Origin: Armatimonadota bacterium
GTDB taxonomy: Bacteria; Armatimonadota; HRBIN16
Assembly (NCBI GenBank): GCA_963677485.1
Contig: OY781964.1
Coordinates: 5,024,001-5,088,000, forward strand
DNA length: 64,000 nt
Reading direction: 5' to 3'
The position numbers and the translations under genes are program-made. This document shows positions 45,093 to 55,693 of the stretch, piece by piece. The notes beneath the pieces were generated by a model. That model did not search any database. It had not been told where the DNA came from and saw only the letters and a list, made by a program, of their open reading frames with translations. Within the stretch, counting starts at the first letter, position 1. The number at the start of each line of letters is the position of its first letter.

Positions 45093-46490
45093 ATGACATC
45101 TCTCAAGATATATAACAGCATGTCCCGCAAAGAAGAAGAGTTCAAACCGCGTGAGCCGAACAAAGTCTCGATCTACGCTTGCGGGTTGACCGCTCAAGGT
45201 CCGCCTCACATCGGGCATATCCGTGGGGCCATCGTCTTTGATATTATCCGACGCTGGTTCATAGAACTTGGCTACGATGTGGAGATGGTTCAGAACTTCA
45301 CAGATATTGATGACAAGATCATCGCTAAAGCCGACACTGAGGGGCTCTCTTCTGAGGATGTCGCCAAGAAGTATAGCACGGCCTATTTGACGGTGCTTGA
45401 CAAGCTGAATATCCTCCCCATCCATTGGTGCCGTGTCACAGAAGAGATGGACAGCATCATCGAGATGGTAGCAACCCTCATTGATAAAGGGCATGCCTAT
45501 GCCGTGGATGGCGATGTCTATTTCAAAGTCAGCAGCTTCAAGGACTACGGTAAACTCAGCGGCCGTAACATCGAAGATGTTCGTTCAGGCTATCGCATTG
45601 AAGTGGATGAGCGGAAGCAAAACGCAGAGGACTTCGCTTTGTGGAAGTCGGCTAAGCCGGGTGAGCCATCATGGGCAAGTCCATGGGGGCCTGGAAGGCC
45701 TGGCTGGCACATCGAGTGCTCCGCGATGAGTTTGAAGTATCTGGGCAAGGATTTTGATATTCACGCTGGAGGCAACGACCTCATCTTTCCGCACCATGAA
45801 AATGAGATCGCACAGTCAGAGGCCTATCTTGACAGTGAGTTCGCGAAATATTGGGTTCACTGGGGCAGCGTCACACTCGGTAAGGAGAAAATGTCCAAAT
45901 CATTGGGCAACTTCTTCACGGCCGAGGAGATACTAGCTGAGTTTGACCCTGATGTGCTGCGCATGTTCCTCATCAGCACCGACTACCGAAGCCCTGTGGA
46001 CTTCAGCAGAGAGCGTCTGGCTCAGACCAGCACCGCTGTGGCGCGCATCAAGAACGCATACACCAGGGTGAAAAGCGTGATCGGAGATGCCCAATCCGAT
46101 CCCGACACGGCCTATTGGGGCAAATTCTCAGATGCTATGAACTACGACTTCAATACCTCAGCAGCCATCGGAGTGATGTTTGAGGTAGTCAGTGAAATCA
46201 ATAAATCCATTGACGACACGAGTGCAGACAATGCGGTCACCGCATCACTCTGCGCCGCTCTAGTCAAGATGGCGGACACGTTAGGGTTCATGAACCTGTT
46301 TTCCGACACAGTGAAGATAGACAACGACCTGAGTGCTGACCTCATTCAAGCAGCCATTCGTTGGCGTCAAATAGCCCGCGAAACTAAGAACTGGGCTATC
46401 TCGGACGCTATCCGAGATGACCTGAAGGCACTAAACATCAGCTTGCAGGATGGAGCCAACGGCACCACCTGGAAGATCGAAACACAGTAG
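45093..46490 (+). CDS. cysS: Cysteine--tRNA ligase
   Basis: HIGH, DFALWK, GRPGWHIECS, FPHHENE, KMSKS. Confidence 0.98.
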   Translation: MTSLKIYNSMSRKEEEFKPREPNKVSIYACGLTAQGPPHIGHIRGAIVFDIIRRWFIELGYDVEMVQNFTDIDDKIIAKADTEGLSSEDVAKKYSTAYLTVLDKLNILPIHWCRVTEEMDSIIEMVATLIDKGHAYAVDGDVYFKVSSFKDYGKLSGRNIEDVRSGYRIEVDERKQNAEDFALWKSAKPGEPSWASPWGPGRPGWHIECSAMSLKYLGKDFDIHAGGNDLIFPHHENEIAQSEAYLDSEFAKYWVHWGSVTLGKEKMSKSLGNFFTAEEILAEFDPDVLRMFLISTDYRSPVDFSRERLAQTSTAVARIKNAYTRVKSVIGDAQSDPDTAYWGKFSDAMNYDFNTSAAIGVMFEVVSEINKSIDDTSADNAVTASLCAALVKMADTLGFMNLFSDTVKIDNDLSADLIQAAIRWRQIARETKNWAISDAIRDDLKALNISLQDGANGTTWKIETQ

Positions 46491-46514
46491 CAAAATAAAG
46501 GAGATGCGCCCCAT

Positions 46515-47933
46515 ATGGGAGCCATCAAGTCCTCAAAACCGAATACCAAGGCGAAGATATTGACAGGGATTACCATTTGCGCGATTCTGGCGATTACGGC
46601 TCCCCTCCTCAAAGGGGACGTCGGTGGTCAACCACAGATACACAATGTCACCGTAGCGGGCATCATCCTCAAGGAGCTTAGCCCAGAGCAAGCACGGCTC
46701 GAGTTGCAGAAACAAGCCGTAACCCTTCAGTCACAGCCTGTTCAAGTCGATGTCTGTGACACCACTGGCAAACGTCTTTGGGGCCGTGTCTACACACGGC
46801 AGGAACTCGGGTATAAACTGGATGTTCCGGCCACCGTGCAATCGGCCATAGAGGCCAGCAACCCTCAAGGGCTGTGGCAAAAGATTCTACTGGCATACTC
46901 CCATCGATCGGGCGTTGCCATGGAATCAAAATACATCAGCGATACCCAAATCGCGAGGGCTGTCGCAAAACGCATCGGCAAATTGGTGAACCGTCCTCCA
47001 GTGGACGCAAAAATAACAGGAATTTCTGCCGGAACCATAGTGAGCACCCCTGAGCAAACTGGATACCATGTTCCTGACACGGCAGGCCCCGAACTGCACA
47101 CAGCGGCTCTGCAAGGGCTCCCGCGAGTTGTGATTCAGTGTGAAGAAGAACCTGCCAAGATCACCCAGGCTAGTTTGCGTTTCACACCAGTTGTGCTGGC
47201 ATCGGCAACCACTAAATACAGTTCACGGAAGGTAGCCCGCACGAAAAATGTGGTGATGGCCGCTAACAATATGAACAACACGGTAGTTGTGCCAGGTGCT
47301 GAGTTTAGCTACAACAAGGCTGTCGGTCCGCGAAGTTTGGAAGAAGGCTTTGTAGAAGCCTTGATATTTGTGAAGGGCAAAGTGGTTCCAGGCGCAGGCG
47401 GAGGTGTGTGTCAGGTCTCTACCACGCTGTTCCAGGCCTTGTTGAAAACAGGCCTGGAGATCAAGGAGCGGCACCCGCATAGCCTGCCAGTGACCTATGC
47501 AAAACCGGGGCTTGATGCCACTGTATCGTATGGTGCCATAGACCTGCGCTTCCTCAATAACTATGACAAGCCAGTGATAGTGCATAGCAGGGCTAGCGGC
47601 GGTTTGATGACAGTCACATTACTTGGCGATGCATCCTGCAAGGGACAATACAAGGTAGTTCAAGAAGGCCTGAAGGTCACGAAACTGCCAGCTAAAGTGG
47701 TCTATTCCAACAAACTACCTGCAGGTAAGCGCGTTGTCGAAAACAAGTCTGTCACCGGCTACCGTGTCACCACATATCGGGTGAAGTTGGAAGGTGGCAA
47801 GGAGATCGAACGCAAACTCATCGACCATGACGTCTACCGTCCACAGTCGAAAGTTGTTGTCGAAGGCACAGCCAAAGCTCAACCATCGGCCAATCCCACA
47901 ACCGGATCAGCACCACAAGAGCCTGGAATTTAG
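46515..47933 (+). CDS. VanW family protein with PG-binding and G5 domains
   Basis: FSYNKAVGPR, GGGVCQVSTT, ERHPHS, GLDATV; C-terminal G5-like region. Confidence 0.9.
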   Translation: MGAIKSSKPNTKAKILTGITICAILAITAPLLKGDVGGQPQIHNVTVAGIILKELSPEQARLELQKQAVTLQSQPVQVDVCDTTGKRLWGRVYTRQELGYKLDVPATVQSAIEASNPQGLWQKILLAYSHRSGVAMESKYISDTQIARAVAKRIGKLVNRPPVDAKITGISAGTIVSTPEQTGYHVPDTAGPELHTAALQGLPRVVIQCEEEPAKITQASLRFTPVVLASATTKYSSRKVARTKNVVMAANNMNNTVVVPGAEFSYNKAVGPRSLEEGFVEALIFVKGKVVPGAGGGVCQVSTTLFQALLKTGLEIKERHPHSLPVTYAKPGLDATVSYGAIDLRFLNNYDKPVIVHSRASGGLMTVTLLGDASCKGQYKVVQEGLKVTKLPAKVVYSNKLPAGKRVVENKSVTGYRVTTYRVKLEGGKEIERKLIDHDVYRPQSKVVVEGTAKAQPSANPTTGSAPQEPGI

Positions 47934-47950
47934 ATGTTCGCAATTTCCAG

Positions 47951-48937
47951 ATGAAGATAGGAACAATCGAGATTGACCCACCGGTGGTGCTCGCCCCCAT
48001 GGCAGGCATCACCGATGCTCCTTTTAGGGCGATTTGCAGACAGTATGGCGCAGGGCTCGTCTGTTCGGAGCTCATCAGTTCCACAGCTCTGCAGTTCAAC
48101 AGCGTTAAAACCCATGAGATGATGCAAACCTCTCATGAGGAACGTCCGGTGAGTATTCAGATTTTCGGCAGCAACCCTCAACACATGGCTGAAGCCGCCA
48201 GGCAAGCTGAAGAGTATGGGGCCGACATTGTAGACATCAATATGGGTTGCTGGGTGCCGAAGGTCGTGAAGACCGGTTCAGGGGCTGCACTGCTGCGTGA
48301 TATCGACTTAGCGGTCACCATAACCAAAGCAGTCGTCCAATCAGTCGCTATTCCTGTCACGGTAAAAATTCGCTGTGGATGGGAACGGGCCGAGATCAAC
48401 TATGCTGATCTAGCCCCACGCCTTGAACAGATCGGTGTCTCAGCAATAGCCTTGCATGCCCGAGTGGCCACTCAAGGTTTCACTGGCGAAGCCGACTGGA
48501 GTGCGATAACTCATCTCAAGAGCATCGTGCAGATTCCGGTGATAGGAAATGGTGATATACGTGATGCACACGACGCGCTGCGTATGTTCGAAACTACTGG
48601 CTGTGATGCCGTCATGGTGGGCAGAGCCGCGGTCTCCAATCCCTGGCTGTTTCAGCAAATCAACCATCTGCTGCAAACAGGCGAAACACTACCGGCTCCT
48701 TCATTGGGTCAACGGTTGGAAGTCGCACTGACCCATGCCCAGGAACTGTGTAAACTGAGGCCCGAAGAATCTGCCATCAAACACATACGTGGGCAAATGG
48801 CGAATTACGTCAAAGGCTGCCAGGGGGCGAATTCCTTTCGAAATCACATCTGCCAGTGCAACAGTCTTGAGCAACTTCAACGTATATTTGATGAAGTCAT
48901 TGATACCAACATCTCAGAATCACAAGGTATCGTATAA
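47951..48937 (+). CDS. dusB: tRNA dihydrouridine synthase
   Basis: LAPMAGITD, DINMGC, VTVKIR, IGNGDI, VMVGRA. Confidence 0.93.
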   Translation: MKIGTIEIDPPVVLAPMAGITDAPFRAICRQYGAGLVCSELISSTALQFNSVKTHEMMQTSHEERPVSIQIFGSNPQHMAEAARQAEEYGADIVDINMGCWVPKVVKTGSGAALLRDIDLAVTITKAVVQSVAIPVTVKIRCGWERAEINYADLAPRLEQIGVSAIALHARVATQGFTGEADWSAITHLKSIVQIPVIGNGDIRDAHDALRMFETTGCDAVMVGRAAVSNPWLFQQINHLLQTGETLPAPSLGQRLEVALTHAQELCKLRPEESAIKHIRGQMANYVKGCQGANSFRNHICQCNSLEQLQRIFDEVIDTNISESQGIV

Positions 48938-48939
48938 AC

Positions 48940-49839
48940 ATGAAACACATCGTATCAGTCAGTCTAGGCAGTTCACAGCGCAACAAATCGGCATTGGTAG
49001 AAATCCTGGGAGAGCAGGTGCAGATTGAGCGACGAGGCACCGATGGAGACAAGGCACTGTTCCAAAAAACACTGGAAGAGCTTGATGGCCATGTCGATGC
49101 CATCGGCCTGGGGGGCTGCGACCGTTATGTCTGGACTCCTGGCCGTCGTTATGAATTCCGCGACATTGCCCGTCTGTCTCGAAATGTCACTAAAACGCCC
49201 ATTTTAGACGGCAGTGGCCTCAAAAACACGCTGGAACGCACGGCCGTTGATAAGCTGGGTGACCAAGAGATCATACAGTGGTCCGATGACAACGTGCTTG
49301 TCGTAGCCGGTGTAGACAGGTTTGGCATGGCCGAGGCAATTTCCTTACGGGCAAAGTCCGTGGTGTTTGGCGACGCGATGTTCGCCATCAACCTACCCTT
49401 ACCCATTCATTCGTTGCGCACTTTAAAACTGCTCGCGGATATCCTTCTGCCGATTGTCACACTGATGCCCTTTGAATGGGTCTACCCTGTGGGCAAAAAG
49501 CAGGAAGAAAGCAGTCCGAAGTTTGAGGAATGGTTCCGCTGGGCAGATGTGATCGCTGGCGACTGGCTGTTTATCAAACGTTACAGCCCCACTAACCTCA
49601 AAAGCAAGACCATACTCACCAACACAGTAAGGCAGGCCGATGTCGACATGCTGAAAGAGCGGGGAGCGAGCCGGCTGTTTACGACCACTCCAGTTTTCGG
49701 CGGCGAGACTTTCGCAACCAACGTGTTGGAGGCTTTGATTGTGGCCTTCAGCGGCAAAGGTATGGAGCCGCTAAGTGCGTTAGAATATGCTGAGTGGCTG
49801 ACTAGACTTAATTGGAAGATCGGCCACATAGAGTTATAA
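48940..49839 (+). CDS. Uncharacterised protein of the family often labelled quinate 5-dehydrogenase
   Basis: VSVSLGSS, RRGTDGD, DGSGLKNTLE, DRFGMA, TNVLEA; recognised from recall, function unproven. Confidence 0.6.
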   Translation: MKHIVSVSLGSSQRNKSALVEILGEQVQIERRGTDGDKALFQKTLEELDGHVDAIGLGGCDRYVWTPGRRYEFRDIARLSRNVTKTPILDGSGLKNTLERTAVDKLGDQEIIQWSDDNVLVVAGVDRFGMAEAISLRAKSVVFGDAMFAINLPLPIHSLRTLKLLADILLPIVTLMPFEWVYPVGKKQEESSPKFEEWFRWADVIAGDWLFIKRYSPTNLKSKTILTNTVRQADVDMLKERGASRLFTTTPVFGGETFATNVLEALIVAFSGKGMEPLSALEYAEWLTRLNWKIGHIEL

Positions 49840-49878
49840 TATCGGCGATATAGAGATATCTATCATGGAGGAAGTCAT

Positions 49879-50883
49879 ATGTATACGAAGCAGGTCCGAC
49901 CTTACGTTGGTTCTATGAACCAACTCGCAGGGGCTACCCCCTTACGTTACCAGCACGGTTCCGAAAGTGAGCAGTTTGCGGTCCGTCTATTCACAGCATC
50001 CGGATGGGACATCAACGTGATGTGCGATAGAGGCATGGATATCGGCGCAGCCTCGTATAAGGGCACACCGGTCGCCTGGTGCAGTCCAACCGGATACGCC
50101 CATCCCCATCGCTACGACCCCAACAGTTTCGAATGGCTTCGGGGTTTTGGCGGTGGATTACTGGCCACATGCGGCTTGACTCAAGTGGGAGCCGCCTGCA
50201 CAGATGAGGACGAAGAACTGGGTCTTCATGGCCGGGCTGTCGGCTTGTCAGCCAGCAACCTGAACTGGGGTGCCGACTGGGTTGGTGACAGCTACACTTG
50301 CTGGGTAGAGGGTGAAATCCGCCAGGCCAAAGTGTTCGGTGAGAATATCACCCTGCGGCGACGCATCTCCATCACGCTGGGCAGCCCCAAGATTGAGATA
50401 CATGACACCGTCTGCAACCAGGGATTTAGCGAAACACCATTCATGCTGTTGCATCACATGAATTTCGGATACCCGTTAGTGGATGAGGGCACCCAAATCG
50501 AGTGTAACTACACCGAGATTGAACCGCGGAACGAACATGCCGCCAAGGGTATCCCCACATTCAAAAACATCCACGCTCCCACTGCAGGATATGTTGAAGA
50601 GGTGTTCCATCCTAAGGTTGTAGCGGTGGATGGCCTTTGCCAGGCCTCACTTGTCAACTGCAAGCAGAAACTGGCCGTCACGGTACAGTGGAACCCTGAA
50701 GAGAGCCCCATGATGACGGTATGGAAAATGCTGGGACAAGGCGAGTATGTGATTGGCCTTGAACCAAGCAACTGCCACGTGGCTGGCCGTGCTGCGGAGC
50801 GAGCTACTGGCAGTCTGCAGTATCTGCAGCCAGGCGAAGTTGCTGAGAAGCACATACAAGTCATCGCAGAAGTCATGTCCTGA
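49879..50883 (+). CDS. Aldose 1-epimerase superfamily protein (DUF4432-like)
   Basis: DRGMDI, WLRGFGGGLLATCG, LHGR, HMNFGYP, GLEP. Confidence 0.85.
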   Translation: MYTKQVRPYVGSMNQLAGATPLRYQHGSESEQFAVRLFTASGWDINVMCDRGMDIGAASYKGTPVAWCSPTGYAHPHRYDPNSFEWLRGFGGGLLATCGLTQVGAACTDEDEELGLHGRAVGLSASNLNWGADWVGDSYTCWVEGEIRQAKVFGENITLRRRISITLGSPKIEIHDTVCNQGFSETPFMLLHHMNFGYPLVDEGTQIECNYTEIEPRNEHAAKGIPTFKNIHAPTAGYVEEVFHPKVVAVDGLCQASLVNCKQKLAVTVQWNPEESPMMTVWKMLGQGEYVIGLEPSNCHVAGRAAERATGSLQYLQPGEVAEKHIQVIAEVMS

Positions 50884-52541
50884 TGTCTTCACGCCGATCC
50901 TCTCATTTCTGGTGGCCAGTGGGGTTAACGCTTCTACTGGCCGCCCTACCCTATCTTTGGGGCTGGTTCCTGGCAGTAGATCGGCATTATGTGTGGATCA
51001 ACCACAACCTGGACGACAACATGGTATATTTGGCTTGGATGCGCCAGGCAGCCGATGGTGCGTTCTTCCTGACGAACCGCTGGACCGCCGAATCGCATCC
51101 GAGCATGTATACCAATCTGCTGTTTTGGTTCATGGGCCGCCTTAGTGGTATGACCCATATCCCGCTTATTGGCATGTTTCACTTCACACGAATTGCATTG
51201 TCTGTGGCCTTAATGGGCACCGTGTGGCTGGCCACCGCGCACTGGATGGGAGTCAAATACCAGCGTCTGACCATGTGGCTGGTGGGGTTATCTTCCGGTC
51301 TTGGATGGCTATTCACCGATGACAGACCGAAGGTCATGCTCGCCCCCATCGATGCCTGGCAGCCCGAGGCCATCACGTTTCTCAGCGTCTACCTTAACCC
51401 GCTGTTCGTCACAGGACTGCTGCTGATTTTGGCCACGAATCTACTGTTGTGGCTCAGCCTGCATCGCCAACAAGCACGCTGGGCTGTGTATGCCGGCTTG
51501 TGCGCTTTGCTGCTGGGCAACATCCATTCCTATGATGTGATTCCGCTTACCGTCACCTGGCTGTTATACGGGCTCAGCCTGCTCATTTGGCACCGCGACC
51601 AAATCAAGCGATATCTTCTTTACGGTATGATCACGGCCGTCATCGCACTACCCAGCGTCATCTGGCAATATGCGGTCTATAAATTCGACCCTGTGTTTCA
51701 CGAGCGAGCCGGTTCATATACTCCGGCGCCGGAGATATGGTGGGTGCTGCTCGGGTTTGGTTTCCTCATTCCGCTGGCACTCATAGGGCTATACAGACAG
51801 CACCGTGCTGAAAAGCTCAGCAGCTCACATATGCTGTTAGCCTGCTGGAGCTTGGCTGCGTTGGGCACTCAATATATTCCGAAATTGCTGAAATACATCG
51901 GCGTAGATGCTCCTTTGAATTTCGAACGCAAGATGGTAATGGGGGCACACATCCCACTCGCTATTTTGGCTGCCATGGGAGTGGTTTACCTAATACAAAA
52001 ACAACATTCGCTTTCACAGAAAGTGGCCATTCCGGTTTTGCTGCTGCTGCTCAGCTTGAGTAATCTGGTATGGATATATCATGACTGCAGGCTGTTATGG
52101 TATAACATAGCCAATACAGGTCTGCATCAACCCTATATAGACGCCAAACGGTGGAGCTCATTCATCGGGCTGCGTCAATATATCAAGCCTGACGATGTGG
52201 TGCTTTGCCCGGTATCCATGGGGGTTTTCCTGCCGGTAGAATTCGGAGCCCGTACCTATGCCGGGCATTGGTCAGAAACACCGTATTTCGCGGACAAGAT
52301 GCATGACATCATCAGCTTTTACGATCCCGGCACGACAGATGACAGTCGCACCGCATTCCTGAAGGGATCGAAAATCAAGTGGGTGATCAGTTTCCACGGG
52401 AAGCAATCTCTTGAGGAGATGTCGCTTCAGCACTCATTCGACAGGCTCCCTGCAGTCAATAGTAACAGCATGTCAGTAAAATACCGCGATGCGGAACTCA
52501 CTCTGTTCGAGGTCGATGATGAGGGTAAATCCTACAGGTAA
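50883..52541 (+). CDS. Polytopic membrane protein, probable GT-C glycosyltransferase
   Basis: First-loop DDNMVYLAWMRQ, many TM segments, NIHSYD, YAGHWSET. Confidence 0.65.
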   Translation: MSSRRSSHFWWPVGLTLLLAALPYLWGWFLAVDRHYVWINHNLDDNMVYLAWMRQAADGAFFLTNRWTAESHPSMYTNLLFWFMGRLSGMTHIPLIGMFHFTRIALSVALMGTVWLATAHWMGVKYQRLTMWLVGLSSGLGWLFTDDRPKVMLAPIDAWQPEAITFLSVYLNPLFVTGLLLILATNLLLWLSLHRQQARWAVYAGLCALLLGNIHSYDVIPLTVTWLLYGLSLLIWHRDQIKRYLLYGMITAVIALPSVIWQYAVYKFDPVFHERAGSYTPAPEIWWVLLGFGFLIPLALIGLYRQHRAEKLSSSHMLLACWSLAALGTQYIPKLLKYIGVDAPLNFERKMVMGAHIPLAILAAMGVVYLIQKQHSLSQKVAIPVLLLLLSLSNLVWIYHDCRLLWYNIANTGLHQPYIDAKRWSSFIGLRQYIKPDDVVLCPVSMGVFLPVEFGARTYAGHWSETPYFADKMHDIISFYDPGTTDDSRTAFLKGSKIKWVISFHGKQSLEEMSLQHSFDRLPAVNSNSMSVKYRDAELTLFEVDDEGKSYR

Positions 52542-53220
52542 GACAATTGGGCTAGGGTTAGCGGCTATTATCGGGCTGATTGGCATATTCAGACTGACAT
52601 CAATCGGATCGCAGCCTTACGCGCGGTCAAGAGACGAAGGGTTTACTGAAGTCAGCTCCCCAAAAGCAATTCCCAACCCCCAAACCACGGCAGATTCATC
52701 AGAACCTGCCCAGCCACAGCCATCGCAATCTGGAGCAAGAGAAGGCACCATCAGAATCTATGTCTGTGGCCAGGTTAAGCGGCCATCAGTCATGACCATT
52801 CCTGCCTCCTACACAGCCTATGACGCCGTCCAACGTGCTGGCGGGCTCACCGATAAGGCAGATGCAGAACGGGTCAACCTAGCGGCTTGTCTGTCCGATG
52901 GGCAGCAGTTATATATCCCCGCCAAAGGCCAAGCTGCGATTCCCATCGCACCGTCGGCATCTGCGCCTGCATCGCCAAAACCACCCACAGCAACCAACGG
53001 CACTCGCGTTGAGTCTGAAGGGGCCCAACAGATGGTGAACATCAACACCGCGGAGCTCGAGGAACTCGATCGGTTGCCGGGGATAGGACCCGTTCTGGCC
53101 CAGCGAATTATAGACTACAGAAACCAGAACGGCCCTTATGGCACTGCCGATGAGTTAATGGAAGTTAAAGGTATCGGTCAGAAGAAGCTGGAGCAGATGC
53201 GTTCTTTTATTGAGCTCTAG
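52516..53220 (+). CDS. comEA: ComEA family DNA-binding protein (SLBB plus HhH)
   Basis: YVCGQVKRP, DAVQRAGG, VNINTA, LPGIGPVLAQRIIDYR, VKGIG. Confidence 0.9.
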   Translation: MMRVNPTGKTIGLGLAAIIGLIGIFRLTSIGSQPYARSRDEGFTEVSSPKAIPNPQTTADSSEPAQPQPSQSGAREGTIRIYVCGQVKRPSVMTIPASYTAYDAVQRAGGLTDKADAERVNLAACLSDGQQLYIPAKGQAAIPIAPSASAPASPKPPTATNGTRVESEGAQQMVNINTAELEELDRLPGIGPVLAQRIIDYRNQNGPYGTADELMEVKGIGQKKLEQMRSFIEL

Positions 53221-53222
53221 CA

Positions 53223-55547
53223 TCACAACTTCATGATAGCAACTGTCGCGCCTGCTCCGCCTTCATCGGCGTCTGCGATTCGGAAGCTTTTCACCAGTGG
53301 ATGTGTGCGCAGGAACTGATGCACGGCCGAACGCAACGCGCCAGTGCCCTTCCCGTGGATGATCCGCACGGGCGACATCCCAGCCATGAAACTGTCATGC
53401 AGGTACATATCGAGCTCCATCATCGCCTCATCTATGTGTAACTGCCTGATATGAATCTCCGATTTAGCTTTCAGAGACTTAGCCAGCCCCATGTCACCAC
53501 CACTTCTGACCACACTGACAATCTTTTGCCCAACAACTTTGCTGACCTCGCTGTATTTCACAGTCATCTCCATCACACCAACCACAACTACCAGACCATC
53601 GGTCTTCAGACGGATGACCTGTCCCTGTACGCCAAGGTTGTTCAATTTAATGGTGTCCCCGATATGCAGCTCCTCTTGAGGCTGATTACTGACTGATGGC
53701 TTCCGCTTTTGCTTTGCCGTCTGAGCAAGCCCACGGATGGCCATCCGGGCATCCTGAACCTCTTTGTTTTCTCTAGGCTGCGCCTGAAGCTTCTTATATT
53801 GTTCTTCCGCCTGATCGACAAGGGTGTCGAAATCGGAGATGGCCTTCTGTACAGCCTCATCAACAGCCTTCTGCTTCTCGCTCTCCAGCTTGGCGATGGC
53901 TGTTTGCAGCTGCTGGTTCAGTTGCTTCTGTTTTGCCAACTGCTGCTCAATCTGCTGCGATTGCAGGTTGGTGTGCTGCTGCTGATGCTGCACAGCCTCC
54001 ATCAATGCCCTCATATCATCTGCGCTTTTTAGCATATGCGAACGGGCGGCTGCTAACACCGTCTCGGGTAGACCTAGCTTGTCAGCTATGGTGATCGCAT
54101 GGCTGGAACCAGCCCCAGGCAGTAGCCGGTAGGTCGGCCGCAGAGTCACCTCATCAAATTCCACGCTGATGCACATCACATCGGGATTGGCCATACCAAA
54201 CATCTTGAGCTCGCTGTAGTGCGTGGTGGTAGCGGCCAGACAGTGTTTGTCGATCAGGTCCTCCATCACAGCCGTAGCTAACGCTGCACCCTCTTGAGGG
54301 TCGGTGCCAGCTCCCAGTTCGTCAAACAACACAAGGCAATTCGCTTTGATGGCGCGTAGTATCCGCGCGATGTTCTTGATGTGCCCTGAAAAAGTGGACA
54401 ACGACTGCTCTATACTCTGCTCATCTCCGATATCCGTCAGCACATCATCAAAAACAGGGATCACAGCCACATCGGCCGGCACATGCATTCCAGACATCGC
54501 CATCAGGGTCAACAAACCCATTGTTTTGAGCGTGACCGTTTTACCGCCGGTATTTGGGCCGGTGATCAGCAACACGCGTCTCTCGGTTAAATCGAGGCTG
54601 ATCGGCACCACCGGTGGTTTGATGAGCGGATGCCGCGCCTGCTTCAACATGAACTGGCCCGTTTCATTCATAGAGGGCTTCACAGCATCCATATCCGCCG
54701 AGAGCCGCCCCATGGCCGCATGGATGTCCATCAGCGTCAGCATTTCCAGATTACTATCTATCTGCGAGTAGTATTTCGATGCTAATGCACTGAGTTCCGT
54801 CAGTATCTTCGCGATTTCCGCCAGCTCAGCCACCTGAAGCTCACGATGCTGGTTGCCCATTTCCACCACATCCTGTGGCTCTACAAACAACGTGGCCCCG
54901 CTTCCTGAGACATCATGAACTATGCCAGGAACCTGCGACCGGTTCTCGCTCTTCACGGCCAGGCAATACCGATTCCCTCGTATGGTGATGATATTGTCCT
55001 GCAGTGCTGACTGATATTTGCTGCTGGTAATATACCCCTGCATTCGGCTTGATATGCGGTTTTGTATGGTCTTGATGCCGTTTCGTATTCGCCCCAACTC
55101 AGGCGAAGCAGCGTCTGAGACAATCCCTTCGTCGGTCAGGCAGTAGCGGATGCGCTCCACCAGACCAGGACACATTTCGAGTAACTCGGCGACATCCCAC
55201 AATGAAGGCAACTGTGGTTTACGCTGCTGAGTAAATCCACGGACACGCCGAGAACACTCCACCAGGTCAGCGATGGCCAGCAGCTCTTCCACGCGCAGCA
55301 CTGCTCGAAGCTTGGTACGGGGTATGGCCTCACCTAATGGGCGGATCCCGCGTAGAGGCATCTCCTCTGCGTGGTCATATAACCATCGGTTCTCGGTGGT
55401 CAGTTTTTGCCAGCGTTCAATCCTGGCACGGTTATTGTCGGGCTGTATTTCCTGTGCCCGGCGAAGGCCTTCAGGAGTAAGTGTGCGGTCGGCCACCATT
55501 TGGCGTACGGTGTCATATTCGAGGATTCTAAGCGCGTGGGTATCCAT
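53223..55547 (-). CDS. mutS2: Endonuclease MutS2
   Basis: Start reset to MDTHALRILEY. ITGPNTGGKT, DIGDEQSIEQSLSTFS, DELGAGTDP, TTHY, Smr IIHGKGTG. Confidence 0.96.
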   Translation of the reverse strand: MDTHALRILEYDTVRQMVADRTLTPEGLRRAQEIQPDNNRARIERWQKLTTENRWLYDHAEEMPLRGIRPLGEAIPRTKLRAVLRVEELLAIADLVECSRRVRGFTQQRKPQLPSLWDVAELLEMCPGLVERIRYCLTDEGIVSDAASPELGRIRNGIKTIQNRISSRMQGYITSSKYQSALQDNIITIRGNRYCLAVKSENRSQVPGIVHDVSGSGATLFVEPQDVVEMGNQHRELQVAELAEIAKILTELSALASKYYSQIDSNLEMLTLMDIHAAMGRLSADMDAVKPSMNETGQFMLKQARHPLIKPPVVPISLDLTERRVLLITGPNTGGKTVTLKTMGLLTLMAMSGMHVPADVAVIPVFDDVLTDIGDEQSIEQSLSTFSGHIKNIARILRAIKANCLVLFDELGAGTDPQEGAALATAVMEDLIDKHCLAATTTHYSELKMFGMANPDVMCISVEFDEVTLRPTYRLLPGAGSSHAITIADKLGLPETVLAAARSHMLKSADDMRALMEAVQHQQQHTNLQSQQIEQQLAKQKQLNQQLQTAIAKLESEKQKAVDEAVQKAISDFDTLVDQAEEQYKKLQAQPRENKEVQDARMAIRGLAQTAKQKRKPSVSNQPQEELHIGDTIKLNNLGVQGQVIRLKTDGLVVVVGVMEMTVKYSEVSKVVGQKIVSVVRSGGDMGLAKSLKAKSEIHIRQLHIDEAMMELDMYLHDSFMAGMSPVRIIHGKGTGALRSAVHQFLRTHPLVKSFRIADADEGGAGATVAIMKL

Positions 55548-55693
55548 GATAAGTCGGTCATCTCTCTTTCGTATACCTTCATGGTACGGATTTTTGCCAA
55601 TTCGGTCAAGAACCAGTACAGAACGACTAAGCTGTGTGGGTAATCTTAAGATGGCGACCAACAACAACGAGCTGCCTTAAGGAGGCAACCTTG

